A DNA stretch of 64,000 nt, taken from Marsupella aquatica (lineage: Eukaryota; Plantae; Marchantiophyta). The translations under genes and the position numbers were made by a program. The notes below the pieces were generated by a model, which saw only the letters and a program-made list of their open reading frames with translations, ran no database searches and was not told where the DNA came from. The stretch spans positions 6,047,708-6,111,707 of the forward strand of contig OZ316891.1 in assembly GCA_973895155.1 (NCBI GenBank), given 5' to 3'. Below, piece after piece: positions 24,897-37,388 of the stretch; the stretch's first letter is position 1, and each line of letters begins with the position of its first letter.

Positions 24897-26970
24897 ATGG
24901 AGTCTGCAGGCGGACCTCAGGCCAAGAGTCGTCGAAGCAAAAGACCCTGTCCTCTGCCGGATGCATACGTTGAGGAAAAGCACACATCAGGCGGGTATCA
25001 GAGTAAGAGGGGTCGAGCCGACAGACTCCTTCGCGGATTCGATGTTGAGGAGAAGCAGGAAATGCACACTATATCCTCGCCTCTCACCCGGTCGACAAGA
25101 TCAATCTCAAATAAGAATGGAGGGCATCAAACTATCGGTGGTTCTCCTCCTCCAAGGACTACCCGATCTAAAATAAGCACTGCTCAGTCGACGGATGCCA
25201 ATGGCTTGGCCTGTGATCGAAAGACCGACAGAGGTATGCTTCATGAAGTCCCTGAGAAACACCCAGGAATATTGAGTCAAATTGTAGATGCCCAGAAGAA
25301 GGCATACGAGGGACACATTCTCGAAATCACAAACTTGAGACATGAGTCCCGCTCATTGCATGAGGAGAGATCCTTAGCACTCCAGAAAAGCAATGAGATA
25401 TTGAGCCTCAGAGTTCAATTAGTTTGCCAGAACGTGATCGCACAACTGGAAGCTGGCCTGGAGAATTTTGTTGATGACGTGGATCATGGATTCGACAACT
25501 GTTTCAAAGAACTGAAAGCTAACAAAAGTTCTCTCTACGGAGTGAAACGAGGTTTTGGCAACTGTCTACAAGAAATTAGGCGGATCAATGGTGATACTCC
25601 ATTACTCATCGTGGACCTGCAAAAGAGCTCTGCGGAGCACGACTCTTCAGAGAAAATTTTGAAGCCAGGTCATGATTATGGAGGATATCTAAATCAAGTT
25701 GGTCAGTTGAAGGAGGCCAATGGCCTGGTTTGTGGCGTTGAATGCAGTACCTCACCTCAACCCTTTCCAGACCACGCGAATCGTGGATCTCGCAAGATTG
25801 AGCGAAATAATCTGTTTTACCAGGTTGCAGCAGTTATTCGTGACAGACAGGTCACGTGGTCTAATAAAATTCCTATTGTATTCAGTGAATTGAGCCGATT
25901 TCTAGAGGGCCAAGAGACTGCACACAACAGCGAAATCGCAAACATAAGAGCACAGTGCTGTTTACTGCTTTGAGAAAACCACCGCACAATTGGAGGCCGG
26001 TCAGATTTATGTCGATGAGGTGGAACAAGTTTTCAACAATATATTTAAAGAACTCGAAGCTGCAAGAATTTCTGTATGTGGAGTGAAACGTCGTTTCAAC
26101 CACTGTCTGCAACAAGTAAGGGAGATTAAGAGTGACACTCCAGTACTAACCTCAGTGCACTTGCACAAGAGCTCGGGCGAGCAGAACTTTTCTGTGAAAT
26201 CAAAGCCTTATGATGCTAACGGAGAGATGAGCGGAGTTTGTGGCTCGTACGCCGATGATGGTGCCACGCCAACCCTCCTTCAGGCTGCTCTTTCGCATGC
26301 CAGGCTAGCTGTGAACCGACTCGAAAATGTTGTCTCCAAGGTTAAGAAGTCAAGAGGGGAAAAAAGCGGCCCAAAAGCTGCCCCGGATGTCTTCTTTGCG
26401 TTACCAAATCATTCAGGCTATTACGTCAATTCGGTCGTGAATAGATTGTTTTTTGAAGGCTTCGAGAACGAAAGTTTCAACACCTTGCTTGGTGTTTCGA
26501 GGTTTCTCAACCCCAACCTTCGTAAGCAAAGCTTCTACGAATACTTTCTTCGCGAACGAGAGCGCCTTTACGCGAACGACATTGAGGATCCACAGTTTGA
26601 AGAATTCTGCCAAGCGAAAATCTCTTCTCTTCTAGGGATACTTCTTCCTGAGTGCACTGGGACGAGGATGGAAATCAACTCTCTTGAAGAACTCGGCGAT
26701 CCTCAACTGGCTTCAAGTTTCAGAGGAGCAGCAAGAAGAGTGTGGTTACTGCACAAGCTTGCCTTCTCTTTGGAACCACCTGCCACTATCTTCAGGGTTG
26801 AGGCCGGTGTCGATGTGGATCCAGAATACATGGAGACGATTGTTGACCTTGACGAAAATGAAAATTTCGTCTCAAAAGTAGGTTTTATGATTGCCCCTGG
26901 ACTACGCGTCCGGAAGACCATAATGAAATGTGAAGTCTACCTTGCAGCTGCCACTAAAACACCGAATTAG
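24897..26970 (+). pseudogene. Coiled-coil protein with a GIL1/IRK-interacting-protein-type C-terminal domain (partner A2); one frameshift near 25960-25975
   Basis: The C-terminus FFEGFENESF...FEEFCQAK...F..AARRVWLLHKLAFSLEPPATIFRVEAG...YME...KVGFMIAPGLRV...MKCEVYL is the GIL1/IRKI family signature. ORFs 24897-25973 and 25990-26970 differ by +1 frame, and an internal repeat shows they are one gene (VIAQLEAG versus TTAQLEAG). Confidence 0.85.
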
Positions 26971-28009
26971 AATTGTTATCCTGAAGTAGAATATTTGTTC
27001 CTGGACAGTAAAGTATGATTGTCTGCATAGAAATTCAGTCATTCAGTGGGGTCTGTCTTGCAAACGGATTTTCTTTTTGCGATGAGCCTCTTGCGTAAGG
27101 GTAAGATTTCTCAGGTCCCAATGGAAGTTAGGTGGTATGTCTCAAAGAAGCCTTTGCTCTCATAATGGCCAAGTGGTAAAATTGTTTATCTGCAGCGTTC
27201 ACTTCGTCAACCTTGCCATTTTGTCGTTACGTTTTCTGTTAAAAACCTTCGAATCTTTGAACTCAAGGCTGGTTACATGTTACAATACCTTTCCGGATCG
27301 CCCACCAACCGCAGTGCCACAAGAGCATCATATTTCTTGACTGAGTACGTGGTCACTTCAGTTGACTCCTCGGTTGGCTCGATAATCAGTTTCCGTCCCT
27401 TACGAAGCAATGGATAGAATGGATGAAGGATCATTGAAGTTGAAATGAGTGACAGTTTTCAAGCATTTTGTTGTGTTCTCTATTAAAACATCACCTGAGG
27501 TATGGATCAAGATAAATATACCGCACAACTCCAAACTTCGAACTCCGCGTACCAACTGAGCATTGGCAGTGATCTTAGTGACGAGACAGTTTCCCTACAA
27601 CCTTGCTGATTACACCCAGATCCACAGGATCGGACGTAGTCTCGACAACAATCACAAGGAGGATAATTATGCAGTGGCTTGGGAAAGTAATGCTCATGGT
27701 AAGTATGGAATGTACTGGATGCGGTCATAGGCAAAATAATCCCTCATTTAACTTGGGGTTTTCCCTGTGAATGTAGTGAACCATTTCCCCAATCATAAGT
27801 TGAGTGACATCCCAAGGAAGATGTGGTGACATCCCTAAGTAACCTTTTGTGTCTCACCCACTTTCAACCATACTCAAGGGGCTGGCCTATCTAATGTCCA
27901 CATAACAACTTAAAAAATTCCATAATTTGTATCTGGCAGGTTGGAATGATCAAGACTAATTAATTATTAGCTAATTGTAGTTTACTAGCCCCATATCTTT
28001 GCGTTTCAC

Positions 28010-28835
28010 AAAAGATGTCAAGGTGAATAAAGATGTTAAGGCGAGGAAAAGATGTACTCGGGGGTTCTCACTATATCGGGACCTCCCCATCACCTGTAAC
28101 ATTTTTAGGCCTCGGACCCTCTAAAATGTAAGAAAAAATAATTTATTTTTTAACCTCTATAAAATTAGAATAAAAATTAGATAAAAATACCCTAATGTTC
28201 TTATAAGTCTCAAAATTGAATTTAAAAGACCCTATTGTTCTTCTGCAAACAAACTTTAAGTCTTCCCTTAGAACCAATAAAACGACCCTATCCTTTGTCC
28301 GTGATGTGCCATTTTTGTGAAAATGAAACCCCCGAGAAAATGTAGAGGAGAGAAAAAGATATTGTGATCAGATAAAGATGTCAAGGTGAGAAAAGATGTT
28401 GAGATGAGATGAAAGAAGTTGAGGTGAGAAAAGATGTCGAGGAGAAAGATGGCAAGGTGAGAAAAAAATGTTTAAGGTGAGCAAAAGATGTCGAGGAGAG
28501 CAAACTATGTTGTGATGAAATAAAGATGTCAAGGTGTCTGAGAAAAAGATGGTCAGATGAGATAAAAGATGGCAAGATGAGAAAAAGATGTGAAAGTGAG
28601 AAAAAGATGGCAAGAAGAGGAAAAAGATAAAATGTTGAGGTGAGAAAAAATGTAGAGGAGACAAAATGATGTTGAGGAGTGCAAAATGATGTTGAGGAGT
28701 GCAAAAGAAGTCAAGAGGATAAAACATATGGAGGGGAGAAAAGATGTTGAGATGATTAAAAGATCGATGTCAAGGCAAGAAAATGATGTTGAGGTTAGGA
28801 AAATATGTTGACTGAGTAGAAAAGATGTCAAAAAT
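28010..28835. repeat. Degenerate purine-rich minisatellite with a unit of about 19 bp (AAAAGATGTCAAGGTGAG)
   Basis: Dozens of AAAGATGT..AGG.GAG variants; the array is interrupted by the MITE at 28057-28336. Confidence 0.85.
28057..28336. mobile_element. MITE (hAT-like), copy 2, inverted relative to 19939-20202
   Basis: TIR CTCGGGGGTT...AACCCCCGAG, near-perfect 8-bp TSD AAGATGTA/AAAATGTA, and internal sequence matching the reverse complement of copy 1. Confidence 0.85.
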
Positions 28836-29005
28836 ATATTGTTGCAAAAGTAATAAGGGAGATAGGTGAGGACAACAGAAGCAGGCACATTTACACAAAA
28901 CTAGGTGGAGGGTGACAACCCTCCTCCTTATTGCCTCCTCTCCCCCTTTCTCTTGGGCTGCCTTTCCGCCCCCCACCTCTCCACTAATTAGTTCGTGACC
29001 CCCTA

Positions 29006-29149
29006 TTAACGGAAAGCTTCAGACGACATCAACTCCTTGAACTCCTGAAAGTCCACCTTCCCATTACCGTCCGCATTGACTCCCTTGATCATCTGCTGAC
29101 ACTTCTTATAACTATGTCCTTCTTTCATGCCTAGGCTCTTCAACACCAT
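29006..29149 (-). pseudogene. 3' fragment of a calmodulin-like (CML) EF-hand gene
   Basis: VLKSLGMKEG..YKKCQQMIKGVNADGNGKVDFQEFKELM resembles the last EF-hand of plant CML proteins. The first ligand is N rather than D, and no upstream EF-hands are visible. Confidence 0.65.
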
Positions 29150-29899
29150 CTGCACGTAGACAAGGCCCTTATTGAACCCTGCTAAGTTTGCTTCTCTTTC
29201 GTTCACTCGTGCCTCATGCGTTGGACAATCTAACAATAGCGAGAGGTGTCACTGAGTTAGGAACTGCAATGATGACGCCATGGAAAGGAGTGTTGAGTGA
29301 TCAACATGGAATCATGTCCACTTCTTCCTTCATGGCAGCAGAAAGTTGAGAAAATTGTCACGATTATTTTGTCATCAGATCAACTTGCCCAGAGAGATTT
29401 AGTTATTATTCAATTGAAACACAATTCAAAATGTGGGTGGGCAGCAATTACTCAGGGTAAAAAAAACAAAAGGTGGGCCTCCTACTAATTGAACAATCTG
29501 TTACCTAGGGTAAATAAAACGGTTATTTTTCAAACATTTTTACATCAAGGTTTATGGCATGGTGTCCTCAATTTTACCAAAATCATGCCACAGACCCGAA
29601 TGTTGAAGCAATTTTATTTTGTAAACCAATCCGTACCTGTTTGCAGCGCGTCTCGATGATGTGGCGCGTTATGGAGTCTCGGATTTTGGAAGGGACCTCT
29701 AGTGGGGTCCATAATTAATAGCTCACAATATTTCTTGAACAAACACAATGCAAGGATAGGCATGGTGTCATACTATCATAACCCAGATCCTTCATCAAGC
29801 AAAAGCCAGTAAGGTCATGTAGCCTCCAAGCTTCGGTCATACTAGAAACCTCAAACTCCCTGGCTACTTATTGCACTTTTTTTGTGCTTGGAAGGAAGT

Positions 29900-31410
29900 C
29901 TTGGTCCATTGTCTGGCTCCTTCCTTCACTTCCTCTATTTGTCTAGCATGTGGTGGATATCTCATTTGCCGCCTGTTGTTGTCATACACTGCCCTTCCTA
30001 GGAAGGTTCCTAGGAAGGGTGCGCGCATGGGTTGATTGGATAGTTGAAGTTTGTTCTATAGGCAATTTGTATTTAATCCACCTATTGCTCATCTTACAAT
30101 TTCTACAAGCATAATGACCAGTAGTATTCCAGCCCCCAAATTAACACTAGGCAGGATGACCCCATGTGAAAATAGTTAGGTCTGCTCTGAGCACAAATCT
30201 CTGATCAAGTAGAACATGAGTTTCGTCTATTAATTCCATAGGATAATTGTAATCAACCTCAATTCCATCCACAAACAACTCCTCCAATTCTCTTAATATG
30301 AATGGTTTCAAGAAAGCATCCATGCAATTTAATGTCTTCTTTTGAGCATTGTCGATTTCAATTAGAGGAATGAAAAGCACAGGGATGGGTGGTATTCCGA
30401 AAGATGACACGAGTTTAGCACTTGAAATTTCACAGTCCATGTGCTTTTAAGGGTAGTTGGGGTGGACTGAAATCCATCCCAAATAATGTGCCATAAGGCC
30501 AATGACAAAGTGCTACTCACATATCAGACACATTCCTGACCTAGGTTGCTAAATCAAATTAAAAATTCTTGATAGTAAGTAGGTTCACCTTAGCAAAAGC
30601 TGGTGATGATGTCACTCTGCCTTTGCAATCCCTCCACCGGAAGTCATATTGTTGGCTGCAGGATTGGCTGGTTTCATCCCAATATATTGGCATTGTCCAA
30701 TAACTCTAGACAGTTTTGGAGTAGAGTTGCATAGCATGCATAACATTTCCTGCAAAACACTAAGACCTCAAATTCATTGCTAAAGTTCCAAAAGTAAGAG
30801 AGCTCAGCTGCACGGTGGTTGCCATCCCACCATTCTCTGCAAACAGGTCTAGGAGCAAAATCCTTTCTCACTAAACCATCTATCTTTATCCATTCACATC
30901 ACTTGGAATTCATGACAAATTGACCAACTGCTACATAGCTTCCTCAATATAGGTCCGATCGGAAAATATTCAAACACTATTCATCTCCTTACGAACTTTG
31001 CCACAACCTTCTTGTGGGCAAATTTCTGAACATTGGGTACAATCCCTCACCAACAACCACTTGTTTCTAGGACTTTAAGTCAGTTTGAACATTGACACTT
31101 GATTTCGTTTGAAACATTTTAGTACTCTTGATCTGAGGGCCCTAACAGTTGGGGAACATGCCATTTCTTTTTACATTATATCCATATTCTCTAGCACGAG
31201 TCATAGGCATCCCATATGCTTTGAATGTGCTGCACAAGCCCTTGAAGGATGACAGTGAAGCAAATCCATGCCATCCTCCATCCTTGGACACCCGAGCATG
31301 TTTTAAGAGCTTTCCCAATCCTTGGGCACCAAAGTCATTTGATGTACGTGGTCTGCTTCCCTCTAGTTGAATTAAAAAATCCATATAGCTCAAGCGTTTC
31401 CATTTCACAA
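29900..31410 (-). mobile_element. Degraded DNA-transposon transposase (CACTA/EnSpm- or Plavaka-like)
   Basis: Fragmented ORFs: PIPVLFIP...MDAFLKP...ELEELFVDGIEV...LRADL.IFT..HPA, then G.YAC..C, with many stops and frameshifts. Boundaries are approximate. Confidence 0.6.
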
Positions 31411-31942
31411 AACTATGTTCAAGGTAATATATTCCGAGTGGATATTAACGATCATGTACATTGCTCTTGTCCAAGTCAGAGCAAAAGTGGCTGATTGGAA
31501 TAATATTGGTGGTCCCTATATATATGATTTCCTCACTAATTTTTTTCATCTTGGTTCTTTGGAAATTATTTAATTTAATAATCTGGTCTTGTTTTTTCTT
31601 TGATGTGAGAACATCCATATTGTGTGCACCTCAATATGTTTTTAAAATCATTGGGTGTAACACCTGATATGATTTTGGGAACTATCTTTAGCTTATATTT
31701 AATATGAAAATTATCTCTAGATGTTAAGATATAAGGCTTATGCACTTGACTTGTCTGGAAATTTAAGCATTTCCAGATTGGAGTCACAAAAATATGGTAA
31801 GTTTGCATAGCAAGATACATAGATGGCTCCTATTACCAATAGCTTGTTTTTCGATCTGATGACATTAATTGAAGACCGGCTTTGTGGACAATTTTTGGTG
31901 TTGGTTAATACCAATTTTTTTGGACTATATGATGAGGGTATA

Positions 31943-31991
31943 TAATAATAATAATAATAATAATAATAGATAGATAGATAGATAGATAGAT
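31943..31991. repeat. Compound microsatellite (TAA)n(GATA)n
   Basis: Seen directly in the sequence. Confidence 0.95.
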
Positions 31992-32162
31992 AAGTTGATG
32001 GATGGTAACTAGGCAATCCACATTTGGGACCCCACCACATGTAGCTATGGTGAGGAGGATCATAACTAAGAGCCACTCAGCTATGGTATATACGGGTGCA
32101 AAGGATCATAAAAGCCTCTAGAAAGTAATGTGACGGGCTAAAATTCTGGCTATAGTGGTTTA

Positions 32163-32428
32163 TATATATACAACTTTTAATTACTTCGTTACTAAAGATG
32201 TTCAAATTGATGATACTGCAATGCTTTTTTTTGTATTTACAAATATGTCACAGTTTCATATAAAGATGACAAGTTAAACAAAGTACCTAAGGTGGGAACA
32301 TACAGAAACTGTGACATATTTGTAATTACAAAAAAATAGTGGCAGTACTATAACATATCTCAAACATCTATTAGTAAATTAGAACATCTTTGGAGGCAAT
32401 GTGAATAGTTAAAAGTTGTATATGTATA
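32163..32428. mobile_element. AT-rich foldback/MITE-like inverted repeat
   Basis: Arms TATACAACTTTTAA...AAAGATGTTC...TTACAAATATGTCACAGTTTC pair with GAAACTGTGACATATTTGTAA...GAACATCTTT...TTAAAAGTTGTATA. Confidence 0.7.
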
Positions 32429-35400
32429 ATGAGAGGACTTAATTATTGTGCTATTTTGTCAATCACCCGTGCTAAACTTCCAGTTAGGTTCTTGCTGACT
32501 ATAATGGGACAACTGAATTAGTGTTCTTTTTGTCAACGACCCAAGCAATTGTGGTGGAAAAAATAAAGGCAATGTAGGATTGACAGCCAGAATAAAGGCA
32601 AATATGCAGGCTGATGTAGTTTCTCTCTTGAAAGAAGATCATTTAAGTAGCTCATGTAGTTTTTTAGTCAATGATCGCAGTGTCTTGCATGCAGTTGTAC
32701 TTAGTGGAGAGTATCAAGTGAATACAGATCAATTGAGGGAACTGGTTAAGGCAAAAACCCTCGGCAAAAACCAAGGCTTGGTGCTCTTAGGGGTCAACTA
32801 TCAAAAATCTTAAGAACCACATGCGATCCAAAATAGATATTTTTGGTAATAATTTACTAGATTTTGAAAAAGCGTAGGAGTCAAAAGAAAGTATTTTAAA
32901 CTCACGTATATAGATTATTATCTAATATATACCTTTTATAAACTAAAATAGATTATTAATAATTGGAAATGGAGAATATGCTTTTTAAAATATATCTATT
33001 TATATTAGGCTAGGATCACATGTGGGACACCAAAATACACACTTAGGTAACACCCCGAGCTGGTGCTCAATCTAACCTAATGAGACAATCCAATGATACA
33101 AGAATATCCATGTATCTTACACAGAAGTTTATTAATTAGTTTTATCTTCAAATTTGCCGCTACCTACCCGGGTTAGGTGGGAATACAAACAGCTAGTTCC
33201 AAGCAAATTGTCTGCCCTCATTTCCGCAAAAATGAAGAGAAGAAGAAAAGGTGAATGGGCCATACCTACCGATGGCCAGGCAGTTGCAACTTCATTTTTT
33301 ATTTAATTTATTTCCAGTCTTTTAGTGTTGATAAAGAGTAGCATTAAGGTCGAATGCTTTTCATAAGACAGAACCCAGGACTACTTAGCTCACATGACAA
33401 ATGTTTCGCAGCTAGGATCAGATTGTTGATTGCAATCTTACATCTTCATCAATTGCTTCAACTCCCGTCTGTGAATGTTGAGACTAGCATTGAGGTTGAT
33501 TGCTTTTGACAAGACGGAAACGTGAGACTAAGTTGACATGACAAATGCCCTGCAGCTGGGATCGTAGTTGTTGACTGTAGTCTTACAATCATTTGTTTGT
33601 TACAATTGTTGTCATTTAAAAACCAACAATTGTATCAATCTTACTAATTATTTGTGTTTGCTTGACATTGAAATTTGTATGCAGAAGTATTAGTACAATA
33701 CACTGTAAGTGCTCTACAAAGATGGAATTCAGTGCATTTCTTTCTTTTTCCTTGCCTAGCCCTTTGCATCTCTTTCCTGCTCTTAGCTTAGCCCGCTGCG
33801 AGGCCCGCTATGTCCCTTTACTTCCAATCTAACCCCTTCCAAGACCCATCCATTAAAGGCTGGCCAGCCACAATAACTCTCTATCGAAACCGGTCTGACT
33901 CCAAATTTATTATTATTATTTTTTACTCACGCCTATACGTATTGAGGTATGATCTGTGAGTGCTCTCGCTACTTGGTTTATTTTAATTTATCTCCATGTA
34001 ATCAGTACGTTAATTAATGGACTCCATTCCCAAATGGATTATTGTACTGAATTAATTACTCATATTCTATCATAGATAAATCTTGTTTAATTTGCTGCAA
34101 ATGGTGATTGTGGAGCCCCTAGGCAGTGTAGTGCATATTGGGTTGCACTTTCGTTTAGAACCGGCACCATCCCAAGAAGGTTAGCTCAAAATTTATTGCT
34201 TACATGTAGTTTGGTATTAGTTACGGACCCCCATGAGAGGTCTCTTCCAAAATTCCTTCCACCAGAGCTTGCCATGTCAACAACAATCCCAACAAACAAG
34301 ACTCGTCAGTTTTGTGAATCAAACAAACAATTTTCATTCGTGTTTACGTCAATTTGGGTGTAAATTTTGGGATATCATCCCGTAAAAAGAAATGTAAAAA
34401 ATTAGAAATGCAAAGAGCAAAACGAGTAAAACTGTCACTATGTAACCATTTTAGTTATGTATCCATTTAAAAAAATTAAATTCAAAGATTCAAAAAGTAT
34501 TTTTCATATAGTAAACAATGATTATTAACTAACTTGATAAATTCCTTGTTAAAAGGTAACTGGCACATGGAATAAGATTTCCGGCCTTTTGCAATTAAGG
34601 CAAACTGTCAGCTATGGTCAAAACTTGATCTGAATAAACTGATACAATTCATTTGATTAGACATTGATCTAGTTTCAAATGGACTTGCGACAGATCGAAT
34701 GTTGACTCTCTTAGCTTGAGAATTTGGTTGCATGTAGCGAAAAGGCATGATTTTGACAAGTGCTTATGATAACCACACTGTCAACTTTGGCCTGCAAAGA
34801 AAAGTATTCCTATGGCAGTTGAAAAAATGTCAAACTTCTCAAACCATCACTGAATGGGTCCACAATGATTCCATGAGAAAATATAATCTAAACAATGCAA
34901 ACTGTAAAGTCCATCATATTTGTCCAACACAACATGACTACCAGCTTTCCTTCCTCATCATACTTCTTTCTTCTCAAAGCTTAAGCTTTGCCCTTCTCCA
35001 TTTGGTGAATAGTTGCGTCAAAGTCATGAGGCTATTAACCTCTAATTCAAAACTTGTCAAAGTCAGATTTCAGTGAAATCTCCAAAATTTCCAATTATTT
35101 GAAAGTACATTGACAAATCCGACTACAAATATTCTACAAACAGGACTCAGCTACTAGAAAGCTTATGGTTCGTTGTTAAAAGAAAAGCAGATTTCTCAAT
35201 TCATCTTGAGAAAGTAGTCTTCTCAACTCAAATAAAGTGCCCATATATGGCACTTTAGTGGTCCAATATAGTGTCATTTAATTCCCAAATCAACTAACAT
35301 AAATAAAATATGCGCCTTGAGTTTATTAATGTTCTAAAATTAGTTAAAATGTCTCAGTCATAGATCTTAAAGTGTTTTAATGCTTGCTAGCAGAGCAGTA

Positions 35401-37388
35401 TGGACCATATTAGTCTCTCAAAACTCAAGCTAAAAGTCCTCATTTTCCTGGTCATTATGAAGAAGATTGCAAAATCATATTTGGATGAGGTAATTTCTCC
35501 TATACTTTCACTAATATTTGTAAAACTATCTCATCATAATAATTTGTGATGCTAGAGCATTTTGGATCATAATAGCCTCTCACAACTTGAGTTAAAGTTA
35601 ATATTCCATACATTATTTGTACTCAAACAAGGCCTAAAAAATGTAGCCAGGGGGTCCACGAACTAATTGTTGAGAGGAAAGGTGGAGAGGAAATTGACAT
35701 CCTCCCCCTCCAACAGAAGCTATGACAATGACTAGCACAAGAGGTAATTAAGACTCCCCAAGCACCAAAGGATATCATAGCAGCTTTGCAGAGAGTGCAA
35801 GATCGACCTGTTGTCACTCACCGAATGGGGCAACACGGCTCCAATAGACATAAGGCCGAGTTTGTAAGTGTCCTCTCCCTCCTCCCTAGCTCCTCCTCCC
35901 AACCACCTGACCTTTTGTCGCAAAGAGTGATCGTTTTTTGGCCAGGTTTTCCTTTAACCCCTTTGCAGCCCGATTGTCTTTGCTCTTGGCCTTGTGGTTT
36001 CCGATACGCGTCCGATGCTGTTTGCATCAGACCCGGCATCGGACCCAATGTCATTCCATTTTTGCCGCTAAGTTTCCAATGGGTTTCCGATACTGGAAAC
36101 ATCGGATTGAGAATTGGACTCCTCGTCAAAAGCTTAATTATTAGGTTTTTTGGAATTTTTAGGGGGCTTTTAGGAATACTCAGGCATGAGGTTTAGGGTT
36201 GCATGATTGAGTAGCATGATGTTAGGTTAAGGGGTTGCATGACACCCCTTATCAAAAAAGCACTTTGTTAACAGTTTTAATGAGGGTACGTAGGGTGTGC
36301 GTTATATATGGGGTTAGGTTCTACTGTAGGGGGGTCCAAGATTACTTGGTTTGATGCTAATAGTACATTTTGTTTGGGATTGTGAAATGCCAGGAAAGGG
36401 AGTGGGGTGGACCTATTGGGCCATCCGAGAGGGATTTGGCAAAGGGGGATGGACCCCGCGCTCTAAGCACCACCTTGAGGATGAGTTGGCAGAGGTTTGT
36501 GTTTTCCCTAGATTATGAAAATGTTTTTGGTTACGGTGAACTTGTTAGGATTTGAACAGACAGCTTCATGCTTGCAAAACATGCACTGAGTTTTGGAGGC
36601 AACCACTAATTTAACAACAATTTAATCTTAGCTATGTATTGCGCAAGAGGAGGAGACAGGGTCGGATGAGGAGTCAGGTCAAGCAAATCCAAACCGGGCT
36701 ACTAGTCCCATTTTCTCGAAACTGGGCAGCCTTGAGGCCGCCCCAATGTGAGTCAAATGGGGTCCCATGGAACTCTGGCGTTGATACGCGTCAAAAGACC
36801 GTTGGGAGTCAGAGGACCAGTCATCAGAGAGAGGTCCTGCTCTTGCTCCAGTTAGCATTGTTATTACTCTGCCCATCAGAGATTGAAGAACCTCACACAA
36901 ACACCTGCACACCTTCCTTCATTCATCGGAAGACCAGCACGAGGCCAACTCACTATTTCCCCCTCCCTTCCCGCTCTCTAGTAGTTTAATCGATTCTTCT
37001 ACTCCCCTGTATTTTCTCAGATTTTGGCGTGCCGAATCGGCCATCTCCAGACCTCTCGATATCGCTCCCGTCGTCCCTGCTTCGGTCAATTCTTCTGCTT
37101 CCTTCTCGTGGTTCTGTTGTGTCCCGCACTCTGTCTAAACCCCTCTCCACTGCGGCTTGTCTATGTGCTTTTCGCGTGATTGCATGTTGGTCCCGACTCT
37201 AGTCTTCGCTTCTGGCCCGATTGTCTCTCTCTCTGTGCCTCTTACCCACGCCGAGGCACTCGACCCCGCGTTGCCGCTCTGGGTCGGGCCGGCGGACTTG
37301 AGTGAGGAGAGAGAGTGACGATTATCCGTTTCAGGGTGTGTTTTTCGACGGACGACTTCAATCGATCGCTTCTGGGCAGGGTGTCAAG

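Noticed and set aside
28368-28888. Phe/Ser/His/Leu-rich ORFs
   Set aside because: Translations of a purine-rich minisatellite.
35620-36340. Overlapping ORFs of 60-136 aa
   Set aside because: No protein motifs; repeated TCCGAT/ATCGGA motifs suggest a TE remnant.
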